Under the pieces are notes generated by a model that saw only the letters and a list, made by a program, of their open reading frames with translations, searched no databases and was not told where the DNA came from. A DNA stretch of 64,000 nt from Myxococcota bacterium (GTDB lineage Bacteria; Myxococcota_A; SURF-8). Where the stretch lies: the NCBI GenBank assembly GCA_965140415.1, contig OZ223209.1:2368001-2432000 (forward strand), written 5' to 3'. This document shows, piece by piece, positions 1-9,168 of the stretch. The position numbers and the translations under genes were made by a program. How positions within the stretch are numbered: position 1 is the stretch's first letter; each line of letters starts with the position of its first letter.

Positions 1-1
1 A

Positions 2-526
2 TCGTTGATTATTGATTCGCAAAGTCCCATGTGGGTGGATGTCTCCTTCCTTGACGAAATGCCTACGGGACAAAACTTCATACACATCAGTCCACTCAAT
101 GCCGTCGAGCATAAAGGCGAGTACCTTACGCTGGTGCTTCGGGTCTTTCTCTTTCATGATCCGCTGATTGTCGATGGTGATATCGACAATGATGGCACGG
201 ACGGCGATTGGGTCGATAGCGAATGGGTTGAGGCGGATGCTGTAGATGGCGATGTTGAACAATACGTTCCGGTGGGACATTCGGAAAATCTCAATGGCGT
301 TCGGCATCGTCCGAATTATGCCGATCCGTTGAATAACTGTATCGTCTGTCATAGTGCGACATTGGATGGTGGTGTGCGAAGTTGCTATGACTGCCACAAT
401 GCAGATGATCACACGCTGAGTATACAGGGAAAAATGCACAAGATCGGGACAAGTTCAACCTGCACGGCTTGTCATGGTCCGAATAACAGCGGAGGACTTG
501 GCCCGGCGTGTTCCAAGTGCCACTAG
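2..526 (+). CDS. C-terminal part (5'-truncated by window edge) of a protein ending in a DGD-rich linker and a tetraheme c-type cytochrome domain
   Basis: Frame is open from the window edge; four CxxCH motifs (CIVCH, CYDCH, CTACH, CSKCH); paralogous to the next two genes. Confidence 0.85.
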   Translation, partial: SLIIDSQSPMWVDVSFLDEMPTGQNFIHISPLNAVEHKGEYLTLVLRVFLFHDPLIVDGDIDNDGTDGDWVDSEWVEADAVDGDVEQYVPVGHSENLNGVRHRPNYADPLNNCIVCHSATLDGGVRSCYDCHNADDHTLSIQGKMHKIGTSSTCTACHGPNNSGGLGPACSKCH

Positions 527-584
527 CTGATGATTTCGAAGGCGCATCTAAGAACAATTACATCATTGATAAGAGGAATTGGAA

Positions 585-1136
585 ATGAAAAGGGTATTTT
601 CGGTCGTACTTACAGGAGTTTTATTTTTCACGTTGATCGTGGGATGCAATGAAAGCGATGATCCCACTTCGGACGGAGATATGACGACAGACGGGGATAC
701 GACCGTTGATGGTGATTCTTCTACTGACGGTGATGTTTCTGTGGATGGAGACACCACGACAGACGGTGACACAACGACTGATGGTGATGTGGCCGTGGAT
801 GGGGACACCACGACAGACGGGGACACAACGATTGATGGTGATGTGACCATCGATGGTGATGAGGATGCCAGCTCTGCGCCGGATGGTCATACGGAAAATT
901 TGGATGGAACGTGGCATAAGCCGGGGAAAGAAAATCCTCTGAGTAATTGCACGGCTTGTCATGGTGCTAATCTGGATGGCGGTGTGGGCAGTTGCTATGC
1001 CTGTCACAATTCAAGTGACCATACCCGAAGTCAGCATGGCGTACTGCACAAAATTGGTACGAGCAATAGCTGCACGGTTTGTCACGGTCCGAGTAATACT
1101 GGTGGACTTGGTCCGGCCTGTAACGATTGTCATTAG
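585..1136 (+). CDS. Tetraheme c-type cytochrome lipoprotein with an 11x xDGDxx repeat stalk
   Basis: RBS AAGAGGA at 571-577; signal peptide with lipobox IVGC; CTACH, CYACH, CTVCH, CNDCH. Confidence 0.9.
   Translation: MKRVFSVVLTGVLFFTLIVGCNESDDPTSDGDMTTDGDTTVDGDSSTDGDVSVDGDTTTDGDTTTDGDVAVDGDTTTDGDTTIDGDVTIDGDEDASSAPDGHTENLDGTWHKPGKENPLSNCTACHGANLDGGVGSCYACHNSSDHTRSQHGVLHKIGTSNSCTVCHGPSNTGGLGPACNDCH
669..866 (+). repeat. Degenerate 18-bp coding tandem repeat, 11 copies, encoding (S/T/V/I)DGDxx
   Basis: SDGDMT-TDGDTT-VDGDSS-TDGDVS-VDGDTT-TDGDTT-TDGDVA-VDGDTT-TDGDTT-IDGDVT-IDGDED. Confidence 0.9.
878..1021 (+). repeat. 144-bp direct repeat, copy 1 (copy 2 at 1335-1478)
   Basis: Manual alignment shows 6 mismatches in 144 bp; covers the first diheme unit. 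Confidence 0.9.
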
Positions 1137-1185
1137 GCTTTCAAGCCGACAAAGTGCGATAGCCGTGAACAAGAGGGAGGGATTA

Positions 1186-1593
1186 ATGAAACCGCTATTT
1201 TCATCCTTGCTCGTAATGCTATGTATGCTGTTATTCATGTGTGGATGCGACGAAGACAATTCTCCAAATCCGGATGGTGATGGAACGACAGATGGTGATG
1301 CCGTCACGGATGGGGATGTGGATATGACCGATGTGCCGGATGGCCATACGGAAAATTTGGATGGAACGTGGCATAAGCCGGGAAAAGAAGATCCGCTGAG
1401 TAATTGCACGGCTTGTCATGGCGCTAATCTGGATGGCGGTGTGGGCAGTTGCTATGCCTGTCATAATTCAAGTGACCACAATAAAAACCGGAGTGGTGTC
1501 AAGCATCAGGATGGTTCGAGTAGTAGCTGTTCGACCTGCCACGGTCCCAATAACGGCGGGGGATTGGGACCGGCCTGTAACGAATGTCACTGA
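1186..1593 (+). CDS. Tetraheme c-type cytochrome lipoprotein with a short DGD stalk
   Basis: RBS GGGAGG; MKPLFSS signal peptide with lipobox MCGC; CTACH, CYACH, CSTCH, CNECH. Confidence 0.9.
   Translation: MKPLFSSLLVMLCMLLFMCGCDEDNSPNPDGDGTTDGDAVTDGDVDMTDVPDGHTENLDGTWHKPGKEDPLSNCTACHGANLDGGVGSCYACHNSSDHNKNRSGVKHQDGSSSSCSTCHGPNNGGGLGPACNECH
1335..1478 (+). repeat. 144-bp direct repeat, copy 2
   Basis: Near-identical to 878-1021. Confidence 0.9.
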
Positions 1594-1679
1594 ATGTTCG
1601 TGCTTTTATAAAAAATCGCTTTCGGTGATCAGGTATTGGCGAGGTTTTTCGGAAAAATTACGGTGATGTGAAAGTTTAC

Positions 1680-1708
1680 TTGAGAAAACGGGCAAGTTCT
1701 TGTAATAT
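1680..1708 (+). promoter_or_regulatory. Sigma70-type promoter for the tRNA
   Basis: TTGAGA-N17-TAATAT followed by a GC-rich discriminator (CGCGCGCC) directly upstream of the tRNA. Confidence 0.6.
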
Positions 1709-1718
1709 CGCGCGCCGT

Positions 1719-1805
1719 GGGGCCGTGGTGGAACTGGTAGACACAAGGGACTTAAAATCCCTCGCCTTCACGGGTGTACGGGTTCGATTCCCGTCGGCCC
1801 TACCA
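1719..1805 (+). tRNA. tRNA-Leu (anticodon UAA)
   Basis: Acceptor stem GGGGCCG/CGGCCCT, D-loop GGAACTGGTAGAC, anticodon arm AGGGA-CTTAAAA-TCCCT, long variable arm, GGTTCGATTCC, encoded CCA. Confidence 0.96.
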
Positions 1806-1846
1806 TTTTTTCTTTCCGAATAATTTCAAAGCAAGCTCGGATAAAG

Positions 1847-1874
1847 CTTCTCCCCGTCCTTGGACGGGGAGAAG
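1847..1874. terminator. Perfect hairpin between the convergent tRNA and lysAC genes (likely bidirectional terminator)
   Basis: CTTCTCCCCGTCC-TT-GGACGGGGAGAAG. Confidence 0.7.
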
Positions 1875-1880
1875 TTGTTT

Positions 1881-4478
1881 CTACACCAGGAAAATTTCTT
1901 TCGCCGGTGGGCGAATATTGTATTCGCTGCTCATGGTTCGGCCATAGGCACCGGCAGTGGCGAGAAGCAAAATATCGCCTTCTTGAGTGGGCGGCAGGTG
2001 GCGACTGTAACCGAAGGTGTCGCCGGATTCGCAGATGGGTCCGACCACGTTGGCTACCCACGTTGCCGGTTCTTCGATTCGGGATAGGTTGACGATTTCA
2101 TGATAGGCACCATACAACGCAGGACGGATCAAGGTATTCATTCCGGCGTTGGTTCCAACATAGTTGATGGTGCCCTTTTTCTTTAATTGGGTAACCTCTG
2201 CCAATAAGACTCCGGCTTCGGCCACCAAATATCGACCCGGTTCCAGCCATAACTCGAATTGCGGGTAGGCGGCTTTGATCTTTTTCAGGCTTTCATCGAC
2301 TGCTTCCAGATTCAACGGCTTTTGTCCCGGCTTTTCAGGGATACCCAAGCCGCCGCCCAGGTCCAGAATTTTCGCATCCGGGAAGTATTCCGACATGTTG
2401 ATCAGGAACAGGGCGGTATCGCTCCAGTTGTCCGAAGTGCGGATGCCGCTGCCTGTGTGAGCGTGCAAGCCGACGATCCGAGTCTTATTCTGTACCGCCA
2501 GATTGGCGAAATGTTCGATCTGTTCTTCATAAATGCCGAACTTGGCTTTGGCTCCTGCCGTTTTGACGTGCTTGTGATGGCCACGACCATGACCCGGATC
2601 GAGTCGAACCATCACATCTCGATCCTGGAAGATTTCCGGCCAGGCTTCCAAGGGGAACAGGTTGTCCAACGTAACCCGAACGTTTTTATCCAGTCCTTGT
2701 TCATATTCCTTACGTGGGGCAAAATTCGGTGTAAAGACAATGCGTTTTGGGTCCAGATCGGGGAAAAGAGAGAAGACGTGGTCGATTTCTCCCGGCGAAA
2801 CGCACTCGAATCCAAGCCCGGATTGATACACGGTTTTCAGAATGTCAGGCTGATTGTTGGCCTTGATTGCATAGAAAGCCTTGTCGATTGCGCCCATCGA
2901 CTGAATATTGCCAATCATTTCTCCGAGCCGCTTATTGCTGTAAACGTACAGGGGCGACTCGTTTTTCGCTAACGAAATCAGCTCTTCCCGTCGCTCCGTC
3001 CACCAGGTTGTCGGACGGGATACTTTGGTTCTTTTGCGTTTATCGAAGAGTTGCCGCCAAGTGGGACCGAATTTTCTGGCCTGATAATTATCGGAAATCA
3101 GTTGGCTGTGCAGATTGCGTACCAGGCGCTCGCTCTGATCTTCATCGACGACAAACGAAAGGTTCAAGTCGCTGGCTGCTTGAGAGACGAGGTAAATGCG
3201 TTTTTCCTCGAACACGTCGAAAGCCGAACCGATTTGCCCCAGAATGGAGCGAATGTCCCGACCAACCAAGGACACGCAACCGCATGGTCCGATAATCTCA
3301 ACCTGGCAGAATTCCTCCAAGTCGCGGCGAACGGCTTCCAGTGTTGCCTGATCCAGCGCTTCACTGGACATGTCCAGTGTGACCGATACGTTGGTCTCAG
3401 CAGTGGAAACGAGGTCGATGGACAAACCATACTTTTTGAAACAGGCAAAGGCGTCGGCCAGAAAGCCCGGCTTGCGCCACATGTCCTGGGCTTCCATCGC
3501 GATCAGGATCACTCCTTTTTTGGAAGAAATCGCCTTCAGTTGCTCCGAACTGGGTGGAGTGTCCGAGGAAATGATGGTGCCATCCATTTTGGGATGATGC
3601 GTACAGCGGATATGCAATGGAATATCATGCTTTTTCAGTGGTCCCAGGCAACGAGGATGGAGCACCCCGGCACCGGCGGAGGTGATTTCCTGTGCTTCTT
3701 CGTAATCCAGGGATTGAATCAGGCGTGCAACGGGAATCAGACGCGGATCGCTGGTGAAGATACCGGGAACATCCGTCCAGATTTCGCAGCGAACGGCCTG
3801 AAGCTTGGCTGCGAAATACGCTGCCGACGTATCCGATCCACCTCGTCCCAGCAGGACAGTCTTGTCTTTACAATCCGAAGCAATAAAGCCCTGGGAAATG
3901 ATGATTTGTGCCGGATCTTGGCTGTATTCTGTTTGTAATGCAGTATTGCTATCATAGTTGCAGTTGGAGGAGAGGAATTTCCGCTGATCGGAAAGTCGAA
4001 TATCTTCCACGCAGTGCAATGCCTCACGGGCATCTTTCCAACTGGTTGAAAGTCCTTTCGAATTGAGATACGCTGCCCCCAGTTTTGTGGAAAGCAACTC
4101 GCCGTGGGCCAGTACGCGTGCATGCAGGCGGGGGCTGACTTCCGCCGTCAAGGATGCGCCCAATAACAGGCGGGACAGGTTTTCCAGATCTTCGCCCAGC
4201 AGGGCTTCCGAATTCAGTCCCAATTCTTCTGCGAGCTGTTGATGTTTGGCGATCAACGCGCCAAGTAATTGTTGATGCTCGTTATTTTTAGCGGCAACGA
4301 GCAGGGCTTCCAATTGATTGGATACGCCGCTTAACGCCGAACAGATCAAGATCGGTTTCAGATCCTCTTCCAATCGATGACGTAGGACTTCGGCGATGGT
4401 ATCCCAGCTTTTTTGGGAGGAAACACTGGTTCCACCAAACTTCAATACAACAAACGGAGTGGAAACTTCTTCTTCCAT
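1881..4478 (-). CDS. lysAC: Bifunctional aspartate kinase / diaminopimelate decarboxylase (LysC-LysA fusion)
   Basis: N-terminal VVLKFGGTSV, LGRGGSD, WTDVPG and ACT-like domains; C-terminal FYAIKAN, HTGSG, EPGRYLVA, VVGPICESGD; start placed at MEEEVSTP. Confidence 0.93.
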   Translation of the reverse strand: MEEEVSTPFVVLKFGGTSVSSQKSWDTIAEVLRHRLEEDLKPILICSALSGVSNQLEALLVAAKNNEHQQLLGALIAKHQQLAEELGLNSEALLGEDLENLSRLLLGASLTAEVSPRLHARVLAHGELLSTKLGAAYLNSKGLSTSWKDAREALHCVEDIRLSDQRKFLSSNCNYDSNTALQTEYSQDPAQIIISQGFIASDCKDKTVLLGRGGSDTSAAYFAAKLQAVRCEIWTDVPGIFTSDPRLIPVARLIQSLDYEEAQEITSAGAGVLHPRCLGPLKKHDIPLHIRCTHHPKMDGTIISSDTPPSSEQLKAISSKKGVILIAMEAQDMWRKPGFLADAFACFKKYGLSIDLVSTAETNVSVTLDMSSEALDQATLEAVRRDLEEFCQVEIIGPCGCVSLVGRDIRSILGQIGSAFDVFEEKRIYLVSQAASDLNLSFVVDEDQSERLVRNLHSQLISDNYQARKFGPTWRQLFDKRKRTKVSRPTTWWTERREELISLAKNESPLYVYSNKRLGEMIGNIQSMGAIDKAFYAIKANNQPDILKTVYQSGLGFECVSPGEIDHVFSLFPDLDPKRIVFTPNFAPRKEYEQGLDKNVRVTLDNLFPLEAWPEIFQDRDVMVRLDPGHGRGHHKHVKTAGAKAKFGIYEEQIEHFANLAVQNKTRIVGLHAHTGSGIRTSDNWSDTALFLINMSEYFPDAKILDLGGGLGIPEKPGQKPLNLEAVDESLKKIKAAYPQFELWLEPGRYLVAEAGVLLAEVTQLKKKGTINYVGTNAGMNTLIRPALYGAYHEIVNLSRIEEPATWVANVVGPICESGDTFGYSRHLPPTQEGDILLLATAGAYGRTMSSEYNIRPPAKEIFLV

Positions 4479-4664
4479 AACTCTTCCCCTTTGGGTTTTT
4501 CCAAATAATCTTATGATGACGAGCTGAACATGATATAAGGTATACGGTGAGAATACAAGAAATATCTTGGATTGAATGGATTCAAAAGAGTTGCCCGAGT
4601 CGTACCTGCTCTGATAAGATATTGCCTTCTGTTGCAGAAACGTAAATTTGATTGAGGAATTCCG

Positions 4665-7211
4665 ATGTTCGCAAAATCGTATCGTCCACATGGACTGTTG
4701 ATAGCTACACTTATACTGCTCGCAGGTTCCTTTGTCGCTTGTTCAAGTACCGGTGACACGGTTGTCGATGGCGATTTGGAAGGCGATAGTATTTTCGAGT
4801 GCTATACGTTGATCGATTGTCCCCCGGGTGAAATTTGTGAAGCGCATCGTTGTGTGGCGGTTGGACCGCAGGGCGATGAAGACGAAGTTTCCGATGGTGA
4901 TGTGGAATTGGATGCCGATCCGGATCTGGAGCCTGTCGATCCCTGCGGAGGCTGTCTGGATGGACAGATCTGCAATGAGCAGAGCGGCAAATGCGAAACT
5001 CCGATCGATGGGGATGAGGAAATCGAAGAAATGGAAGGGGGGGAAGATGAAGAGATGGATGACGAAACTCCCCCGGTTATTTCCGTGCGTTTCGTGCAAC
5101 CGGAAGCGGATGCCGTTGTGGATTCTGCGGTATTGATCCGCTTGGCAATCGACACATTGGAGCAATACGATACAATCCGTTTGCATGCGGCTGGTTCACT
5201 GTTGCAAGAATTCACCGAACCACCTTATGAAACCCTATGGGACACTTCTGCAATCGAGGAAGGTGAGGCGCTGCTCGTGGTTGAAGTGCTGGGAAACGAG
5301 CGCTTGCTTGCAACCGCCACTCGCTTGGTTTACGTGGATCATAGCGACCCGACGCTAACGCTGACTTCACCGGAGTCCGGTGATGAATTCGGCTATGATC
5401 AACAGATCCAGGTGGAAGCGGATGTACAGGATCATTTGCAGCAAGTGGAATTTTACATCGATGATGAACTGCAAACCACCATCACCGAGTTCGATGCATC
5501 CGGGAAGGTGACGATCAATACCCCGGCGCAAGATCTGTTGCCTGGCGATCATGTGTTGATGCTGCGCGCAAAAGATCGTGTGGATGGGCATCGTCAGGTC
5601 GAAGACGACGTGATCATCCATATCGATACCGAAGCGCCGCAGTTGGTGCTTGGGGGCGTGGCCTGGTCCGAAGAAGATCCTGATGAGGGTGTGATTTTTG
5701 CAGAAACCCCAATGGAAATTCGTTTTGAAGACCTTTCCAACTTGAAACAGGCATACTTTGAGTTAAAGGATAACTTTAACCATACGCTGATAAAGCTTAC
5801 TTCGACGGATGAATTCCCGTATACGATTACGGATTTCGATGTCTTGTTGCCCAGTGGTTCACAGATCTATCCGTTTGAAGTTCACGTCATTGCCAATGCT
5901 ACGGATCAGTATGATCATCAGCAGGGATTCAATCGCCAACTGACGATCAAGCGCGAAAAAATGGTATTCGATACCGAGGTGGAACCGCCTCTCGGTTACG
6001 AGCAGACCTATGCATTGGCTGCGAGTGAAACCAATGGCGCGATCTATGCCACGGTCTACGATCAACTCATTTCAATTACGACCGAAGGAGTGGAGCGTTG
6101 GCGCTGTCAGGCGGAAACGTTGACCTCGTTTGTCTCTGCTCCCATTGTCGTGGAAGGGGGCAATCAGCGCTTGATGGTACTGACTGTTGGCAGTGACGGT
6201 AGCTTGTATGTCAGGCACGACGGGCAATTGGAAGCGGAATGTCTGCGTTTCGATTTCGATCTCGGGTTGTCTGAAGCAGGTGCGCCTGCTGTGGGTGAAT
6301 TGGAAGAGATCGAAGGGGGAGTTCGTCTGCCGGTGTATTCCTGTGCAACAGCCGGAACAAGGACCAAATGTTTTCGTACCTATTACACTCACTTGGACGA
6401 TGCCGAAGCGCAGAATCGGGATTCATTCGACATCGATTGGACCTTCATCGGTGATGTGGATGAAACGGGACCGACGGCGATTGTCCTTCCGAAAGGTGGA
6501 AGTTATACCTGGTTGACGGTGGGTATGGGGCGTCAGGTCGTTTCACTGGATAGTGAAACCGGAATTCGTAAGAATGTGGATCGATTCAATATCGGGCAGA
6601 AAGTCAGCATGATCACGGCCAATCCGTTAGGCAAAGGGTTGATGGCTGCATCTGCGAAAGAATTTCACCTGTATAACTGGTTGTTGACGGAGTTGAATGT
6701 GGTTAACTTCGGTTCGCAAACCCTGGATGAATTCATGCCGTATCAGATCGTTTCGGACTCCGAGGGCAGTATTATGCTTTGTTCGAAAAAGGATTTCGGT
6801 ACGGTAGGGAGTCCCAATGTCAAAGGTGTGGTTACACCGATCCGTATCAGTAACGGTGATTTGGATGAGAACCTGCCGGATATGGTGCTGGAGGGAAAAG
6901 TCGGGGCGACTCCGGTTATCGGTCAGGAAAATATCGTGTATGTAGGTGGTGAGAATGCCAACGGAAATTTGTGGGCGTTCGATTACTATGCCGATACCGA
7001 CAACGATGAGCGTCAGTTGCGTTGGCGTATGCGCTTGCAAACCCGTTTACTTGCTCCATTGGTGATTTCACCCGCCGGGGATCTGCTTCTTATCGACAAC
7101 GAATTGAAGATCCGTCTGATCGATGCAAAAGGAGATTCTGTCGACGCGGAGGCATCCTGGCCGATGTATCAGGCGACCCCTCAACATGGTGGAAATTACC
7201 TGCCGCAATAG
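4665..7211 (+). CDS. Large lipoprotein: DGD/acidic linker with small Cys-rich modules, Ig-like (Big) repeats and a C-terminal PQQ-like beta-propeller
   Basis: Lipobox FVAC; EPPYETLWDT and VEFYIDD Ig-like motifs; ATPVIG and SWPMYQATPQHGG propeller motifs. Confidence 0.7.
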   Translation: MFAKSYRPHGLLIATLILLAGSFVACSSTGDTVVDGDLEGDSIFECYTLIDCPPGEICEAHRCVAVGPQGDEDEVSDGDVELDADPDLEPVDPCGGCLDGQICNEQSGKCETPIDGDEEIEEMEGGEDEEMDDETPPVISVRFVQPEADAVVDSAVLIRLAIDTLEQYDTIRLHAAGSLLQEFTEPPYETLWDTSAIEEGEALLVVEVLGNERLLATATRLVYVDHSDPTLTLTSPESGDEFGYDQQIQVEADVQDHLQQVEFYIDDELQTTITEFDASGKVTINTPAQDLLPGDHVLMLRAKDRVDGHRQVEDDVIIHIDTEAPQLVLGGVAWSEEDPDEGVIFAETPMEIRFEDLSNLKQAYFELKDNFNHTLIKLTSTDEFPYTITDFDVLLPSGSQIYPFEVHVIANATDQYDHQQGFNRQLTIKREKMVFDTEVEPPLGYEQTYALAASETNGAIYATVYDQLISITTEGVERWRCQAETLTSFVSAPIVVEGGNQRLMVLTVGSDGSLYVRHDGQLEAECLRFDFDLGLSEAGAPAVGELEEIEGGVRLPVYSCATAGTRTKCFRTYYTHLDDAEAQNRDSFDIDWTFIGDVDETGPTAIVLPKGGSYTWLTVGMGRQVVSLDSETGIRKNVDRFNIGQKVSMITANPLGKGLMAASAKEFHLYNWLLTELNVVNFGSQTLDEFMPYQIVSDSEGSIMLCSKKDFGTVGSPNVKGVVTPIRISNGDLDENLPDMVLEGKVGATPVIGQENIVYVGGENANGNLWAFDYYADTDNDERQLRWRMRLQTRLLAPLVISPAGDLLLIDNELKIRLIDAKGDSVDAEASWPMYQATPQHGGNYLPQ

Positions 7212-7377
7212 AAGATGCGTGAAAATCCTGCAAGAGCCTGAATTTCTCTTGACCCTATCGACCTTTTGAATTACACCGTCACTAGGTGTTTGGTACGACG
7301 AAGAATGCCTTGAAAACAAGCTCTGATAGCGACAAGTAAAGAGTCGATTTCCTAAAATATATGAAAAGGAGACCGCA

Positions 7378-7767
7378 ATGCGTATTCCGGGTGATTTGCT
7401 GTATACGAAGGAACATGAGTGGGTAAAGAAAGAGGGTAACGTGGTTGCTCTTGGAATCACCGATCACGCGCAAGAACAGCTTGGGGATGTGGTGTTTCTA
7501 GAGTTACCCGAAGTAGAAGATGAAGTGTCTCAAGACGATACGATCGGTTCCGTTGAATCCACCAAGGCGGTTTCGGATATTTTCACCCCGGTAAGCGGGA
7601 AAGTGGTTGAGATCAACGAAGATATTTTAGACAGCCCGGAAGTTGTCAACCAGGATCCCTACGGTCAGGGCTGGATGGTGAAAATCGAGTTGTCTTCGCC
7701 GGATGAACTGGACGATCTGCTTTCCGCTGAAGACTACGAAAAATTCGTCGCCGAACAGGACGAGTAA
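7378..7767 (+). CDS. gcvH: Glycine cleavage system H protein
   Basis: YTKEHEWV, GITDHAQEQLGDVVF, lipoyl-Lys motif ESTKAVS, DPYGQGWM. Confidence 0.97.
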   Translation: MRIPGDLLYTKEHEWVKKEGNVVALGITDHAQEQLGDVVFLELPEVEDEVSQDDTIGSVESTKAVSDIFTPVSGKVVEINEDILDSPEVVNQDPYGQGWMVKIELSSPDELDDLLSAEDYEKFVAEQDE

Positions 7768-7805
7768 CCTCTCCTTGTAAGTACAAGCACAAAAGAGGTT
7801 TGATC

Positions 7806-9152
7806 ATGAGATATCTACCGCACACGGAAGAAGATATCCGGGAGATGCTTGCCCAGATCGGTATCGATTCTCTTGCCGATCTGTTTCGCTCCATTCCGGA
7901 TGATTTAAAACTTTCTAACACATTGGATCTGCCCGAGGCGCTTTCCGAACCGGAATTGATCGCCGAACTTCGGGAATTGTCCGAAAAGAATCTGGTTCGA
8001 GGTTTTTCAAGCTTCGTCGGTGCCGGGATCTACTCTCACCTGGCTCCCTCGGCTGTGGACCATATTTTGCGCCGTTCCGAATTTTACACGGCGTATACGC
8101 CCTACCAGCCGGAAGTCAGCCAGGGAACGTTGCAGGCGATTTTCGAGTACCAGACGTTGATCTCGCTGTTGTTGGAAGCCGAAGTGACCAATGCGTCGAT
8201 GTACGACGGCGCGACCGGCTGTGCCGAAGCGGCCTTGATGGCTCGCCGCATTCAGCGCAAGCGTTCCAAAGTGTTGATCGCCAGAAACGTGCACCCGGAA
8301 TTCCGGCGTGTGACCCAGACCTACATGGTCAATACTCCCGAGGATCTGGTTGAAGTTGCATTCGACGATCAGGGCCGCATCGATCGTGCGGACCTGCAAA
8401 GCAAGCTGACCGACGATGTCGCCTGCTTGATCGTGGGGCATCCGAATTACTTCGGTGTGCTGGAATCTCTCGACGAGCTTTCCCAGATCGTGCACGACGC
8501 CAAAGCCCTGTTGGTGGTCACGTTCAGCGAACCGCTGGCTTACGGTATTCTACCCGGACCGGGAAGAGCCGGAGCGGACATCATCGCAGGCGAGGGACAG
8601 TCGTTTTTGGGTGCAATGAACTTCGGCGGTCCTTCGTTGGGGATTTTCTCCACGCGCGATAAATTCGTGCGCCAGATGCCGGGGCGCGTTTGCGGCATGA
8701 CAAAGGATGTGGAAGGACGGCGCGGATTCGTGCTGACGCTTTCCACTCGCGAGCAGCACATCCGGCGAGAAAAGGCGACCAGCAATATCTGCACCAACCA
8801 GGGACTGTGTGCGCTTTCTGCGGCGATCTTCCTTTCCCTGATGGGTAAAGGCGGGTTGCGTCGGCTGGCGGAAATCAATCTGGCCAAGAGCGAATACCTC
8901 AAGAAACGCATTGATGCGCTAGAGGGTTACAAAGTCGCTTTTGCTGCTCCGAGTTTCAATGAATTCGTCATTCATTGTGCCCGAAAGAATGCCGACGACG
9001 TTCGCTGCGATCTGTACGGCAAAAACATACTGGCGGGTGTGGATCTTAAAGACGATTACCCCGAACTGGATTCTCACCTGTTGTTGAATGTCACCGAAAT
9101 GCACCGGCGGGCCGACATCGATGCGTTGATCGATGCATTGGACGCGGAATAA
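7806..9152 (+). CDS. gcvPA: Glycine dehydrogenase (decarboxylating) subunit 1
   Basis: MRYLPHT, YTAYTPYQPEVSQG, REQHIRREKATSNICTN. Confidence 0.96.
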   Translation: MRYLPHTEEDIREMLAQIGIDSLADLFRSIPDDLKLSNTLDLPEALSEPELIAELRELSEKNLVRGFSSFVGAGIYSHLAPSAVDHILRRSEFYTAYTPYQPEVSQGTLQAIFEYQTLISLLLEAEVTNASMYDGATGCAEAALMARRIQRKRSKVLIARNVHPEFRRVTQTYMVNTPEDLVEVAFDDQGRIDRADLQSKLTDDVACLIVGHPNYFGVLESLDELSQIVHDAKALLVVTFSEPLAYGILPGPGRAGADIIAGEGQSFLGAMNFGGPSLGIFSTRDKFVRQMPGRVCGMTKDVEGRRGFVLTLSTREQHIRREKATSNICTNQGLCALSAAIFLSLMGKGGLRRLAEINLAKSEYLKKRIDALEGYKVAFAAPSFNEFVIHCARKNADDVRCDLYGKNILAGVDLKDDYPELDSHLLLNVTEMHRRADIDALIDALDAE

Positions 9153-9168
9153 GAAAGGGGAGTGCAAC

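Noticed and set aside
669-866. Regular repeat as a possible CRISPR array
   Set aside because: 18-bp coding repeat with synonymous variation, no spacers and no cas genes
961-1185. Long N-terminal extensions given by the ORF track (also for lysAC, the KamA-like gene, the FAD oxidoreductase and tex)
   Set aside because: They overlap neighbouring genes or lack an RBS; downstream ATGs fit the RBS, signal peptide or family start better
1719-1805. tRNA-Leu as an island or prophage integration site
   Set aside because: No integrase and no duplicated tRNA 3' end seen in the window
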